Below are positions 1 through 9,244 of a DNA stretch of 64,000 nucleotides, in pieces. The stretch is from Caldisericia bacterium (GTDB taxonomy: Bacteria; Caldisericota; Caldisericia; UBA6126), in assembly GCA_028700655.1 (NCBI GenBank), contig JAQVSG010000001.1, positions 40,507 to 104,506 on the forward strand. Reading direction: 5' to 3'. The position numbers and the translations under genes are program-made. Below the pieces are notes generated by a model. That model saw only the letters and a program-made list of their open reading frames with translations. It made no database searches and had not been told where the DNA came from. The stretch's first letter is position 1. Each line of letters begins with the position of its first letter.

Positions 1-1
1 T

Positions 2-2545
2 ATCAAGGGACGAACTATGGTCCCTTTGCGATGTATCGCCGATTGTTTTAGCGCTGATATTCAATGGGAGGGTTCAACCCAAGTCATTACACTAAAAGCG
101 TACCGTTTGCAACCCTCTCTATCGAAAAGCGATGTCGTTGTAATGCAATCGACGCCGTCTGCCACAACCCAAGAAATATTTACTTCCAAAGCCAATCTAC
201 CTTCTTATGTTTTATCCTGTCAAGAAAATGAAGAGGGTCTTTTCGTAGCCACAAAGTTTGGAATTCATCATTATAACAACGGAGAAGAAGTGTCTTTTAT
301 GTCTTATCCGGAAGAATTCAATAGCCAATTTTTATCCTATGATCCTGAAAAGTTTTTCTTTGCTGTTCACGAAGATTACTTTATAATTCCAAACCATCAG
401 GGTGTTTATCGGATGCACCGTGATACCCATGAATGCTCTCTTTTTCTTTCGCAAGAAGAAACCGATTTGTTGGTCGTGGCAAAAGACCATTATTACCGCA
501 TCGAAGAAATGCTCATTCACGATGATTTGTTGTACATTTTATGCGCACGTAATGGCATCATGGTATACAATGTTCATACCCAAGAATATCTTTATACACT
601 GGGTATTCTGTATGGAACTTCTATGGCCTTTTCAGACCCCTATCTTGTGATTACTACATTGTTTGGTGACTTAATGGTGTACAATGTGTCTGAAAAAACC
701 TTGCACACTTGTGAACTTCACAATCTCTACGAAAATGGGAAAGTAGCTTTTGAAAACGATACTACACTAGCGTTGTATGATTTATACGATGAAGAAGAAT
801 GGATTTCTCTTTCATTTGAAGAAGTTGTATCACAAGATTCTATAGATATGGAAGAATGGGAAGCAATATCTTCCTTTTCGCGCTTTCGTGGAGCTTTATG
901 TTATATTGCCAGTGGACCTTCTCATTATGGAATTGCTATGGATTCTACGGGAGGGGTGTTGGATTTCACAACCGAAATCGTTCAAGTTGATTTTAAAAAG
1001 GCCAAGATTGACTCTGTCATTGAGGACGATATTACGGATTGCAAACGGATTCGAAATTGGATCCCAAACCCTACAAATGTAAGAATCATAGCAGATTGCA
1101 ATCGACTGGTTTGTGCGCAAGATTCACCAGGGAACCAAGATACGGTGTTTTATACACAGGAAGACAAAATCACCCGTCACACCCTGAAAACCTCAAAGAA
1201 TCCTATGTTTTCTCAATCGTTTGGGTATGCTTGGAAAGACAATTCCTATTCAGCACTGAATCTTGATATTGATTTTGAAGGGGAGGAAATGATCTTGTAT
1301 TTATTGTTGGATGTGACTGATTTTAGTGAAGATAAGCCGAAGCACAAAGGCCCTTACAAAGTGAATGTTGGCACGGGAGATTTTTCGGTGTCTTCGTACG
1401 CATTTTCTGACGATTATTTGGTAATTCATGATGCCTTTAAGAATTCACTCCTTTGGTTTGATATTTCCTCCCATGATCTTGAAAACCGACAATATTGTAT
1501 ACCCCAGGACAAAAGGGATGTTCCACTTTCTATCTCCAACCTAACCATGGTAGATGACGTAGTGTACTTTCTAGACCCTGTAGGGAAAGCGATGTATTCT
1601 TCAACATTAGAAGAGGGCTTCACGAAAATAGTAGATTTATCTGCGCATACTCGTTTTCTAAAAGTGGACAACCTTGTCGTTGACGGGGAATTCTATTATA
1701 TATATGATGTGCTCTCCAATAGCATTATAAAATGCAATGATCGAGAAGTTTTGAGCTGGATTCCAGCCACATCCGTTGGGGCTTCCACTGTACAGTCTTT
1801 GGATATATCGGCATCACATATTCTGTACCATGATTCTTTGGCTGGTATTGTTGCTATGAGTACGTTTGACGATGCTACCGAAACGATACATTCCGACGAT
1901 GACATTTACTTTTCATCCAATGCCCTATTGTACGACTTTTACCCGGGCATGAAGAGTACTGAACATATAGGGGTATACGTGAAAAAACCCTTTAAAAATC
2001 TGCAAATAGAAACCAATAACAAAGAAATTCAAATCGGAGAGATCCAACAAAAACAATCCCAGATTCTTGCTTTGACAATCACTCCTACCCAAGAAAAAAA
2101 CCTGGAAATAAAAGTCATTGTTGATGGATTCGAGAAAGTTTTTCCCATACACATGAAGCAGAAAGAAATGTTTGTTACACTTTTTGACCAGTCTATTTTT
2201 ACCCATACTTGGAAAGGGTGCTGTTGGTCAAAAGTACCCTGTGTTATTCAAGAAAAACAACAGTTCTGTTGGATTGATATTGCCCTTATGGAACAATTGT
2301 TTCCTTGTGAGATTTATGCCAAAGAAGACGTGTACTTTCTTTCTTTTGAAGGTATTACGCTAGAAGCGCAACCAAATGAATCGTGGTACATTTATCAAAA
2401 CAAGGAAGGACAACGATATCGAAGAGATGGCGTCTTGTTTCAGAAAAATGACGACAATGTAACCATTGAGCCCACCCTATATACAACATATAGAAAAGGA
2501 AGAATCAAAAGAAGTACCCATTCTGTTACCATTTCCGGATTGTAA
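2..2545 (+). CDS. Surface protein, 5' end outside the window: CuAO-N-like domain, beta-propeller-like repeats, degenerate CuAO-N-like C-terminus
   Basis: The ORF track gives 17..2545, but the frame is open back to base 2. IKGRT-MVPLRCIADCFSADIQWEGSTQVITL is the second half of the NGRT(F/M)xPLRFxAExxGAxVxW motif. Blade-like motifs: LYILCARNGIMVYNV, FYYIYDVLSNSIIKCND, VVYFLDPVGKAMYSS. The C-terminal FCWIDIALMEQLFPCEIYAKEDVYFLSF parallels IWLSLQDLQTLFPMRYTIKEDTITIQT of the next protein. Confidence 0.75.
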   Translation: MKGRTMVPLRCIADCFSADIQWEGSTQVITLKAYRLQPSLSKSDVVVMQSTPSATTQEIFTSKANLPSYVLSCQENEEGLFVATKFGIHHYNNGEEVSFMSYPEEFNSQFLSYDPEKFFFAVHEDYFIIPNHQGVYRMHRDTHECSLFLSQEETDLLVVAKDHYYRIEEMLIHDDLLYILCARNGIMVYNVHTQEYLYTLGILYGTSMAFSDPYLVITTLFGDLMVYNVSEKTLHTCELHNLYENGKVAFENDTTLALYDLYDEEEWISLSFEEVVSQDSIDMEEWEAISSFSRFRGALCYIASGPSHYGIAMDSTGGVLDFTTEIVQVDFKKAKIDSVIEDDITDCKRIRNWIPNPTNVRIIADCNRLVCAQDSPGNQDTVFYTQEDKITRHTLKTSKNPMFSQSFGYAWKDNSYSALNLDIDFEGEEMILYLLLDVTDFSEDKPKHKGPYKVNVGTGDFSVSSYAFSDDYLVIHDAFKNSLLWFDISSHDLENRQYCIPQDKRDVPLSISNLTMVDDVVYFLDPVGKAMYSSTLEEGFTKIVDLSAHTRFLKVDNLVVDGEFYYIYDVLSNSIIKCNDREVLSWIPATSVGASTVQSLDISASHILYHDSLAGIVAMSTFDDATETIHSDDDIYFSSNALLYDFYPGMKSTEHIGVYVKKPFKNLQIETNNKEIQIGEIQQKQSQILALTITPTQEKNLEIKVIVDGFEKVFPIHMKQKEMFVTLFDQSIFTHTWKGCCWSKVPCVIQEKQQFCWIDIALMEQLFPCEIYAKEDVYFLSFEGITLEAQPNESWYIYQNKEGQRYRRDGVLFQKNDDNVTIEPTLYTTYRKGRIKRSTHSVTISGL

Positions 2546-2555
2546 CCCCTATAAT
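2526..2555 (+). promoter_or_regulatory. Candidate sigma-70-type promoter for the C25-peptidase gene
   Basis: TTACCA (2526-2531), an 18-nt spacer, then TATAAT (2550-2555), 33 nt upstream of the ATG at 2588. The -35 matches only 4 of 6 positions. Confidence 0.3.
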
Positions 2556-2587
2556 AGAAGTACCTTTTCCTATATTTGGAGGCTCTC

Positions 2588-5500
2588 ATGAAACGTGTAC
2601 AATCGTTTATTATTCTTGTATTGGTTTCATTGCTGTGTTTGTATCCTTTTTCTTTTGCAAATGCACAAGTAGACCCGTCCGTATTCTATGACATACTACC
2701 TTCTACATCCCAGGTGCATATACAAAGCACAAATCGACTGCGAACAAAAACGTTTCATCGAGTGTATTCTTCAGAACTTCTTGCGGTGGAGCCTTCTCAG
2801 CAAGGCAATCGAATTTCTTTAGGATCCCTACCTTCCTTCTATCAACCAGAACAACCCATTGTCCCTATGGATACCTTCCAAATACCTCTGCGTTCCAACG
2901 AGACTGTGTCCTATATTAAAACAGTTTCTATGAAGGTTCAAAAAATGCCTTTGTTAAATATTCCCTTAGAGGTTGCCCAAAAACCTGTGCCCATTCATGA
3001 GCTTGCTTCCCCTTATAACGGAGAGCCTTTTGGATACGATACTGGTTCACGAGTGTCTTCGCCAGAACGGCATGTGGTAACAGCCCAAGAGATTCAAACC
3101 GTATTTCCCAAAGATAACATTCAGTTCATTATTTCGGGTCATTCTTCAGATCGCTATGCACGTATTACTTGTTTTCCTGTTTTTCTATGCAAAGGAGATT
3201 TGTATTTAGTAGAAAAATATACATTTGAGATGGGAATTACCTCCAGCGTGTATACTACTTCCAAGGAATCGTCAAAAAAGGCAATCATACTCGCTCCTGA
3301 CGAGTTTCAAAAAGAAGCCCAAGAGCTACAGGAAATTCAAGAAGAACGAGGATATTCATCAAAAATTGTACTTTTGTCTAGCATACAAAGTTACCCTCCT
3401 CTAGAAGCGCCTAGTTACCCTTCTGTGTCGGGTTTTTTGGAAGTATCGGAATCGATTCGAAGCAGAGTTTCTTCTTACGACTACAAACTTGCTTTTAAAA
3501 TCCGATCCTATCTGAAAGAAACCCTAGAAGACGAAGGCATTGGTTACCTCACCATTCTAGGCGATGCTACCTGTGTCCCCCCCTCTTACTATATGCTTTC
3601 TCCCGACCGTAGAAACAGTTACGATCAATGGGTACCCACCGATATTTATTATGCATCCCCTCATGGAGATGGCATTGAAATACCTATGGAAATTGCTGTT
3701 GGAAGACTTCCTGTTCGAGACAAGAAAGAAGCTGCCGCTGTTGTTGAAAAACAAAAACTCTATTCTATGCTTTTGAACAAGGATTCTTCCTGGACTTCAA
3801 AGGCTACCATAATGGCTGGTGCTCCTTTTGGAGAACACTTTTTAGGAGAATTGGCAACCGCACGAAGCGTTAATCTAGGCTATTTTTCTTCTCTTCAAGT
3901 AGAAAAACTATATCGCACCGAAAATAAGTTCCATAAAGATGAATTTATGCGTGTGTTAAACGAAGGGAAAAGAGGTTTTTTATGGGCGTTTGGACATGGA
4001 TCTGGAGAAGGACTTGCCCTAGAACCAGGATATGCAAATGCCAAAGATATTTTATCCGTTCCTCAAAAATCCTCCTTACCCATTGTGTTAAGTGAAGCCT
4101 GTGGCAATGGAGCGTGGGACAATCGTTTGGCAAGCGCTCCCTTTAAAAACAACACCGACTATGCCTATCCCACAAGTTTTTCCGAGGCAGTTGTCCTGTC
4201 TAAAGGTGCAGGGATTGCTTATGTGGGCGGCGCTCGAGTGAATTATGCTGGGTGGTCTTTGTCCTATCAAAATGGAATTGCTCAGCTGAAGGCCATTCAT
4301 TATATGGATGCAATCTTGGAGTATTTCATGAAAGGTTTTTCAGAAGGTGAAGGTGCCTTGGGCGATTGGGCTCTGAAAGCCATGACATACTATGCTGACG
4401 AACAGTTAATGTGGGGAATGAATGGGGCCAATGTGAAGACCTATTTTGGATTTACTTTGCAAGGAGATCCCACCATTGAGTACCCCGATTTCGATCGAAA
4501 ATCGGATTCAAGCGTTCCCGCAATTCAACCTATTGAATCGCAACCACAGGACTATCGAAATTGGCCTTTGTTTTCCATTGACGATGGACAAGAAGTTCGA
4601 GTCCAATCCAATGAAGAGAGGTTGCGAGTTGTAATAGCCGATTATACAAATATGAGTACTCCTTTTGTAGAAGAAGCGGAATCCATTGAATGCAGCAATG
4701 GAATGCACCAACAGAAATTTGATGATTTTGATAAAAAAACGTATGCTCTTCGATTTATTACGCCCGATCAAAAAGAACAACGTATTGTTTTTCATGGTCG
4801 ATACAACCATGATGTTGTCATCCAACCTTCTGCTGTTCAATCTGTCATGCGGTTAGGAGAAACCCGTTCTCAGTATGCCGTTATTCGAAATGACGGAATT
4901 TACCCTGTTACAGAATGCGATATTGTATGCAAAGAAGATACTAAAGAAATACACAGAAAATCATTCACCTCAATTCCTGTTCTCTCTGAAAAACTATTTT
5001 ATTACACCATAGACTCCAGCAATGTGGGGCATAAGGCATTTCTCTTAGAGACACAGAACCTACAAAACGAATCCAATGAAGTGGACAATACCTACCAATG
5101 GGATGTTCAATGCACCGATCAACCCTTACTTCGTGTGGGTGTTCTTACCGATGAGTCTGGTGTCAATAGCGACTATGTCAAGAGTGCTCTTGATTTATCG
5201 ATGTTGAATGCGTACTTTGCAGAACAAAATGAAGCCATCGAAATTACGCAGGTACCTTTCCAGTTTTATGCAGATGGTTCTTTGTCTTTTGAATCTCTTG
5301 GTTACGATGTTGTGGTCTTGTATACCAATAATTTTTCCCCTACCAATCCTCTTCAATCTTGCCAGGCGGCCTTGGAGCGATTCACAGAGCATGGAGGGGT
5401 AGTCCTAGGGATGCTGTGTCTGGGTCAATCTAACAATGGAGTGAATTTACAATCGATACAATCTTTTTTTGGGATTGATCCCGAGGAATACTTTCAATTG

Positions 5501-8500
5501 TATCGAACCTCCGTATCCGACACTGAAATTGTATTGAAAGGAGAACACGAGACCTTCTCTTCAGCATATCAAATTCAAAACCGATATACCGTTTTACCAA
5601 AAGGAAGAAATTGGCATCAAATTCGTCGCGAAGATTCTACCGAATTGATTGCCATAGACGATAAAGGCTATGCTGCCTTGTTACGAAACAGAAACCGATG
5701 GTTCTATTCCGGATTTCTTTCACAAATTGATTTTAAAGACCAACCCGAATCACTTCATTTTTTCTTGGACCTTCTTCGTGCTGTTCGTAATGATTTTCCC
5801 AATGTTGCCCTCCAATCAGTCTCTGCAAATCCTCTTGTGCCTATTGTTGATGAAGATGTTGAGATTGTAGCCACCATTGTGAATACATCTCAGACAACCA
5901 TTAATTTCGGCACCATTCATGTGGGAGAGGCATACGTTGAGTTCCGACAACTGCTCCCCAGAGAGATTCGCGATGTATCTCTCTTCATCATCAATAAAGA
6001 AGTGGGGCAACACACCGAAAATGTTACAATAGACTGTATTCAAGATGAAGATAAAAGCGATAACGCCATGCAAATTGTATACCTTGTAGACAAGAAACCA
6101 GTAGCCTTGACAAAACCTTCTTTGGTGGTTGATGATATCTACGATTTCACCTCTTGTATGGAACTCTATGGAACGGTTCAACCTCCGGAAGCAACCGTGG
6201 TGTGGAACGGAAAATCGATCTCCTGCAATGACGATGGAAGTTTTGTGCTCGTTGTTGACCAAAAAGGTCTTGACCGTATTCTTTTACACCCCATGATGGG
6301 AGATATTGAAGGAGATACTGTGGAGGTTCCCTTGGAGTGGAACGAGGCACGTTCAATAGAAATGCACCTTCATGATAAAAGGGCCGTAGCAAATGGAACA
6401 CGAATCACTTTACAACAACCCTATCAGTTGGTGAGCGGACAGTCTTATTTTCCTCTACGAGATGTAGTAGAAGCATTGGGCGGATCTATTTCCTGGAACT
6501 CCGCCACAAGAATGGTTTCTATTCACATGGAACAGTCTGAGTTGCAATTTGTACCGGGCGAGGAAGAAATTGTTGTCAACGGGAGTGTCAAAACTCTTAC
6601 ATACTTGCCTCAAATTATGGATGGAACAACGATGGTAAGTATTGATTTGTTGATGCATCTTCCTGAATTAACGGCGACTGTGTACTCTCCTTCTCAAGCA
6701 TTGCGAATTTCATCATCGCTACGCATGCACCATGAAAACCCATCGATTGTCTTACACCCCAAACAATACCAACAAGAAAACAAGAACCCCCCCTCTTTTC
6801 TAGGACGAACCCAGTATCCTGTGTCGATGATAACATGTTTTGATGTGTATGAAGAGGATCTATATATAAGTACCCCAACAGGCATATACCATATACAAGA
6901 ACAATCGTATGAATGCATATTTGAATACCCTTCCTTTTTATACCAGCAAATGCCGTCTTTTCTTTCGTACAGTCATACTGTCAACTCTATGTTTTTCCGT
7001 ATTCATAAAGACTTTATCTTCCTTGTACTGGATACCACTATATACATCTTTGATCGAAGTTCATCGCAGCTACATACATCGATTCAAAAAATGTCTACTG
7101 AAGCTTTTCTAGAACCTATTGAACACTACTCCACCATTGTGGATGTTGAAGTGGTGGGAAACACGTTGTATGTGCTGGATATTTATCAAGGATTTCTTTT
7201 GTTTGATATTGTCACTGGAGACCTGCTATCAACCTATTACATACCAAGCTATTTATACAGTTTTGAAGTGGTTGAAGATACCATTTATGCCTGTTCTTAT
7301 TGGGGCTATTTAGTTACTCTTCACCTGGATGGTTCGCATCTGCAAGAACGCGAATTGCCTGTGTCCTACTGTTATCGACTCTATATGCTAGATGCAACAA
7401 CTTGCCTCATTGGCTCTCTTCGGAATCCTACCAAGTTGTATGTTTTTGATGTATCAAAAGAGCTTCTTCTTCAAAAAGAAGAGAAGGATTTACAACTTGG
7501 TTTTGATTGGATTGATCAAGTGTCCATGTTTGGCAACCAAATCCTTGCTTTGGGATATTCGTACCAGTCACAGAGAACACTTGCTTTGCAAAGCGGGTTG
7601 TTTTCTTTGGATCGAGACTTATCTCCGGCCTCTATATATAGATATCTGGAATCAGAAGCGCAAGAGGCAGAAAAGGATCCCCAATTTATTTCTCATGTTC
7701 GATCTCTTCATCCCATTCCAAACTCTCCCTATCTTTCCATCGAACAAGGATTTCCCTATAGCGACCAAAAAATACGATTGCTACATACGGAAACAGGAGA
7801 GATGAAAACTCTTTCTACAGGTTCCAGCCATCCTACGGTTGATTCCATATATGATACCTATTGGTTCCAAGATACTTATTCTATCTTGTTTTTAAATCAG
7901 GAAACCAGAGAGTACTGGTTCCGGCAATTCCAGATTACACAAGAGGGTAAAAAGCAAACACTTGTTTCTGAGAAGCTGCACATCGATTTTTCGTTGTTTC
8001 CTGATCAGTTGGCTGTGAATGCGAATGGATTTTGTATTTTAGATCAGTACCAATCCACTTTGTTTTGGTTTGATTTTGAAGGAAAAGTTTTAGATCGTTG
8101 TCGGTTGCAATCGGGTGAAGTTACAATCCAAATTCCTTTGTCGTTTGAACAGTTTGACCTGGACGATGCAGATCAAGCTTACATATTGGATCCTCACAGC
8201 AAAGGAATCTTTGTTTACGATACGGCGGGTTTCCTATCTTTTGAGTCGCTTGCTTTTATAGGGAATACCTCTCATTTGAGCAGTGTTCTTTATGATGAAA
8301 AGGAGCGTTCTTTGCTAGATCGCCAACGTTCCTCTTTATATACCGTTTCGGATCAAATGACGCATTCTGTTTTCTTTCCTCCAGCCGATTACACGTCCAT
8401 TGGATGCTTTTCTCATTATCCAGACCGTTGGACTGTGTACGATGAAAAAACAGGACAGCTTATGGTTTGTCCCAAAGATCTTCCACCCTCTCCCCCTACC

Positions 8501-9232
8501 CCTCTTTCTGCAGAAGATATTACCGTGTTCCCAGATCACTTATCGTTTCTGGTATACCCAAATAAAACTTCTTCTGTAGGGCATTTTTCTGTGTCCATCC
8601 CAAAGTCCTACTCTGCACTTACGGTTCACCTCCCCACAGGAATATCTAGTTATCAGAAGCGATTTAATAGGGGGACAGATTCATTGTCAGGAAAACAGAG
8701 CTCGTTTTCCGTTCAGTTTTCTATAGAGGGTCTTGATAGTTTCAAGGAAGAAACAACGCTTGATATCATTCTCGAAATGGATTCTGTGCAAAAGCATATT
8801 CCTATTCAGATACAAACTGTATATCCTGCATGGGAATTCATGAACGGAACTCCTTTATTCAGAATAGGGAAGGCGTGCGTTGTGGGGCAATTATGCTCCC
8901 TAGTAAAGGATGAGCAGATTTGGCTTTCTTTACAAGATTTGCAAACTCTTTTCCCTATGCGCTATACCATAAAGGAAGACACGATAACCATTCAAACCGA
9001 AGTAGGGGTGTTTGTTTCTCCCCTAGATGGAAGACAAGCCACTTTTACAAACAACCAGGGTTCACTAGAAGCTTTTCCCGAAACGTTTGTTCAACCCGTT
9101 GGAGACAAGCATTATCTTGTACGCGCAGACCTTATTTTCAAAACATTGGGAGCTCGTATGACGTATACGGATTCCACCCAAGAAACAGTCCTTGTAGAAG
9201 GTTGGGAACTTGTGAGTTCGCCTAAGGTCTAA
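2588..9232 (+). CDS. Giant secreted multidomain protein: C25 (gingipain-like) cysteine peptidase domain, CARDB-like domains, CuAO-N-like domain, beta-propeller-like region, degenerate CuAO-N-like C-terminus
   Basis: The track start at 2576 is TTG. The ATG at 2588 is preceded by GGAGG (2578-2582) and gives the signal peptide MKRVQSFIILVLVSLLCLYPFSFANAQ. C25 landmarks: KKAIILAPDEFQKEAQELQEIQEERGYSSKIVLLSSI, YLTILGDATCVPPSYY, TDIYYASPHGD...AVGRLPV, WAFGHGSGEG (His), VLSEACGNGAWD (Cys). CARDB-like: NVALQSVSANPLVPIVDEDVEIVATIVNTSQ...DEDKSDNAMQI. CuAO-N-like: GQSYFPLRDVVEALGGSISWNSATRMVSI. Confidence 0.85.
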   Translation: MKRVQSFIILVLVSLLCLYPFSFANAQVDPSVFYDILPSTSQVHIQSTNRLRTKTFHRVYSSELLAVEPSQQGNRISLGSLPSFYQPEQPIVPMDTFQIPLRSNETVSYIKTVSMKVQKMPLLNIPLEVAQKPVPIHELASPYNGEPFGYDTGSRVSSPERHVVTAQEIQTVFPKDNIQFIISGHSSDRYARITCFPVFLCKGDLYLVEKYTFEMGITSSVYTTSKESSKKAIILAPDEFQKEAQELQEIQEERGYSSKIVLLSSIQSYPPLEAPSYPSVSGFLEVSESIRSRVSSYDYKLAFKIRSYLKETLEDEGIGYLTILGDATCVPPSYYMLSPDRRNSYDQWVPTDIYYASPHGDGIEIPMEIAVGRLPVRDKKEAAAVVEKQKLYSMLLNKDSSWTSKATIMAGAPFGEHFLGELATARSVNLGYFSSLQVEKLYRTENKFHKDEFMRVLNEGKRGFLWAFGHGSGEGLALEPGYANAKDILSVPQKSSLPIVLSEACGNGAWDNRLASAPFKNNTDYAYPTSFSEAVVLSKGAGIAYVGGARVNYAGWSLSYQNGIAQLKAIHYMDAILEYFMKGFSEGEGALGDWALKAMTYYADEQLMWGMNGANVKTYFGFTLQGDPTIEYPDFDRKSDSSVPAIQPIESQPQDYRNWPLFSIDDGQEVRVQSNEERLRVVIADYTNMSTPFVEEAESIECSNGMHQQKFDDFDKKTYALRFITPDQKEQRIVFHGRYNHDVVIQPSAVQSVMRLGETRSQYAVIRNDGIYPVTECDIVCKEDTKEIHRKSFTSIPVLSEKLFYYTIDSSNVGHKAFLLETQNLQNESNEVDNTYQWDVQCTDQPLLRVGVLTDESGVNSDYVKSALDLSMLNAYFAEQNEAIEITQVPFQFYADGSLSFESLGYDVVVLYTNNFSPTNPLQSCQAALERFTEHGGVVLGMLCLGQSNNGVNLQSIQSFFGIDPEEYFQLYRTSVSDTEIVLKGEHETFSSAYQIQNRYTVLPKGRNWHQIRREDSTELIAIDDKGYAALLRNRNRWFYSGFLSQIDFKDQPESLHFFLDLLRAVRNDFPNVALQSVSANPLVPIVDEDVEIVATIVNTSQTTINFGTIHVGEAYVEFRQLLPREIRDVSLFIINKEVGQHTENVTIDCIQDEDKSDNAMQIVYLVDKKPVALTKPSLVVDDIYDFTSCMELYGTVQPPEATVVWNGKSISCNDDGSFVLVVDQKGLDRILLHPMMGDIEGDTVEVPLEWNEARSIEMHLHDKRAVANGTRITLQQPYQLVSGQSYFPLRDVVEALGGSISWNSATRMVSIHMEQSELQFVPGEEEIVVNGSVKTLTYLPQIMDGTTMVSIDLLMHLPELTATVYSPSQALRISSSLRMHHENPSIVLHPKQYQQENKNPPSFLGRTQYPVSMITCFDVYEEDLYISTPTGIYHIQEQSYECIFEYPSFLYQQMPSFLSYSHTVNSMFFRIHKDFIFLVLDTTIYIFDRSSSQLHTSIQKMSTEAFLEPIEHYSTIVDVEVVGNTLYVLDIYQGFLLFDIVTGDLLSTYYIPSYLYSFEVVEDTIYACSYWGYLVTLHLDGSHLQERELPVSYCYRLYMLDATTCLIGSLRNPTKLYVFDVSKELLLQKEEKDLQLGFDWIDQVSMFGNQILALGYSYQSQRTLALQSGLFSLDRDLSPASIYRYLESEAQEAEKDPQFISHVRSLHPIPNSPYLSIEQGFPYSDQKIRLLHTETGEMKTLSTGSSHPTVDSIYDTYWFQDTYSILFLNQETREYWFRQFQITQEGKKQTLVSEKLHIDFSLFPDQLAVNANGFCILDQYQSTLFWFDFEGKVLDRCRLQSGEVTIQIPLSFEQFDLDDADQAYILDPHSKGIFVYDTAGFLSFESLAFIGNTSHLSSVLYDEKERSLLDRQRSSLYTVSDQMTHSVFFPPADYTSIGCFSHYPDRWTVYDEKTGQLMVCPKDLPPSPPTPLSAEDITVFPDHLSFLVYPNKTSSVGHFSVSIPKSYSALTVHLPTGISSYQKRFNRGTDSLSGKQSSFSVQFSIEGLDSFKEETTLDIILEMDSVQKHIPIQIQTVYPAWEFMNGTPLFRIGKACVVGQLCSLVKDEQIWLSLQDLQTLFPMRYTIKEDTITIQTEVGVFVSPLDGRQATFTNNQGSLEAFPETFVQPVGDKHYLVRADLIFKTLGARMTYTDSTQETVLVEGWELVSSPKV
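3260..4500 (+). other. C25/gingipain-like catalytic domain (approximate limits) inside the 2588..9232 CDS
   Basis: The putative catalytic His codon is at 3995-3997 (GHGS). The Cys codon is at 4100-4102 (SEACGNG), 35 residues downstream. Order and spacing resemble the clan CD His-Cys dyad of gingipains. Confidence 0.7.
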
Positions 9233-9244
9233 GAGTATAGAGGA

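Noticed and set aside
9233-9244. A bidirectional terminator between the convergent C25-protein and GT2 genes.
   Set aside because: The gap is only 12 nt with no stem-loop potential. Termination signals, if any, must lie inside the opposing coding regions.
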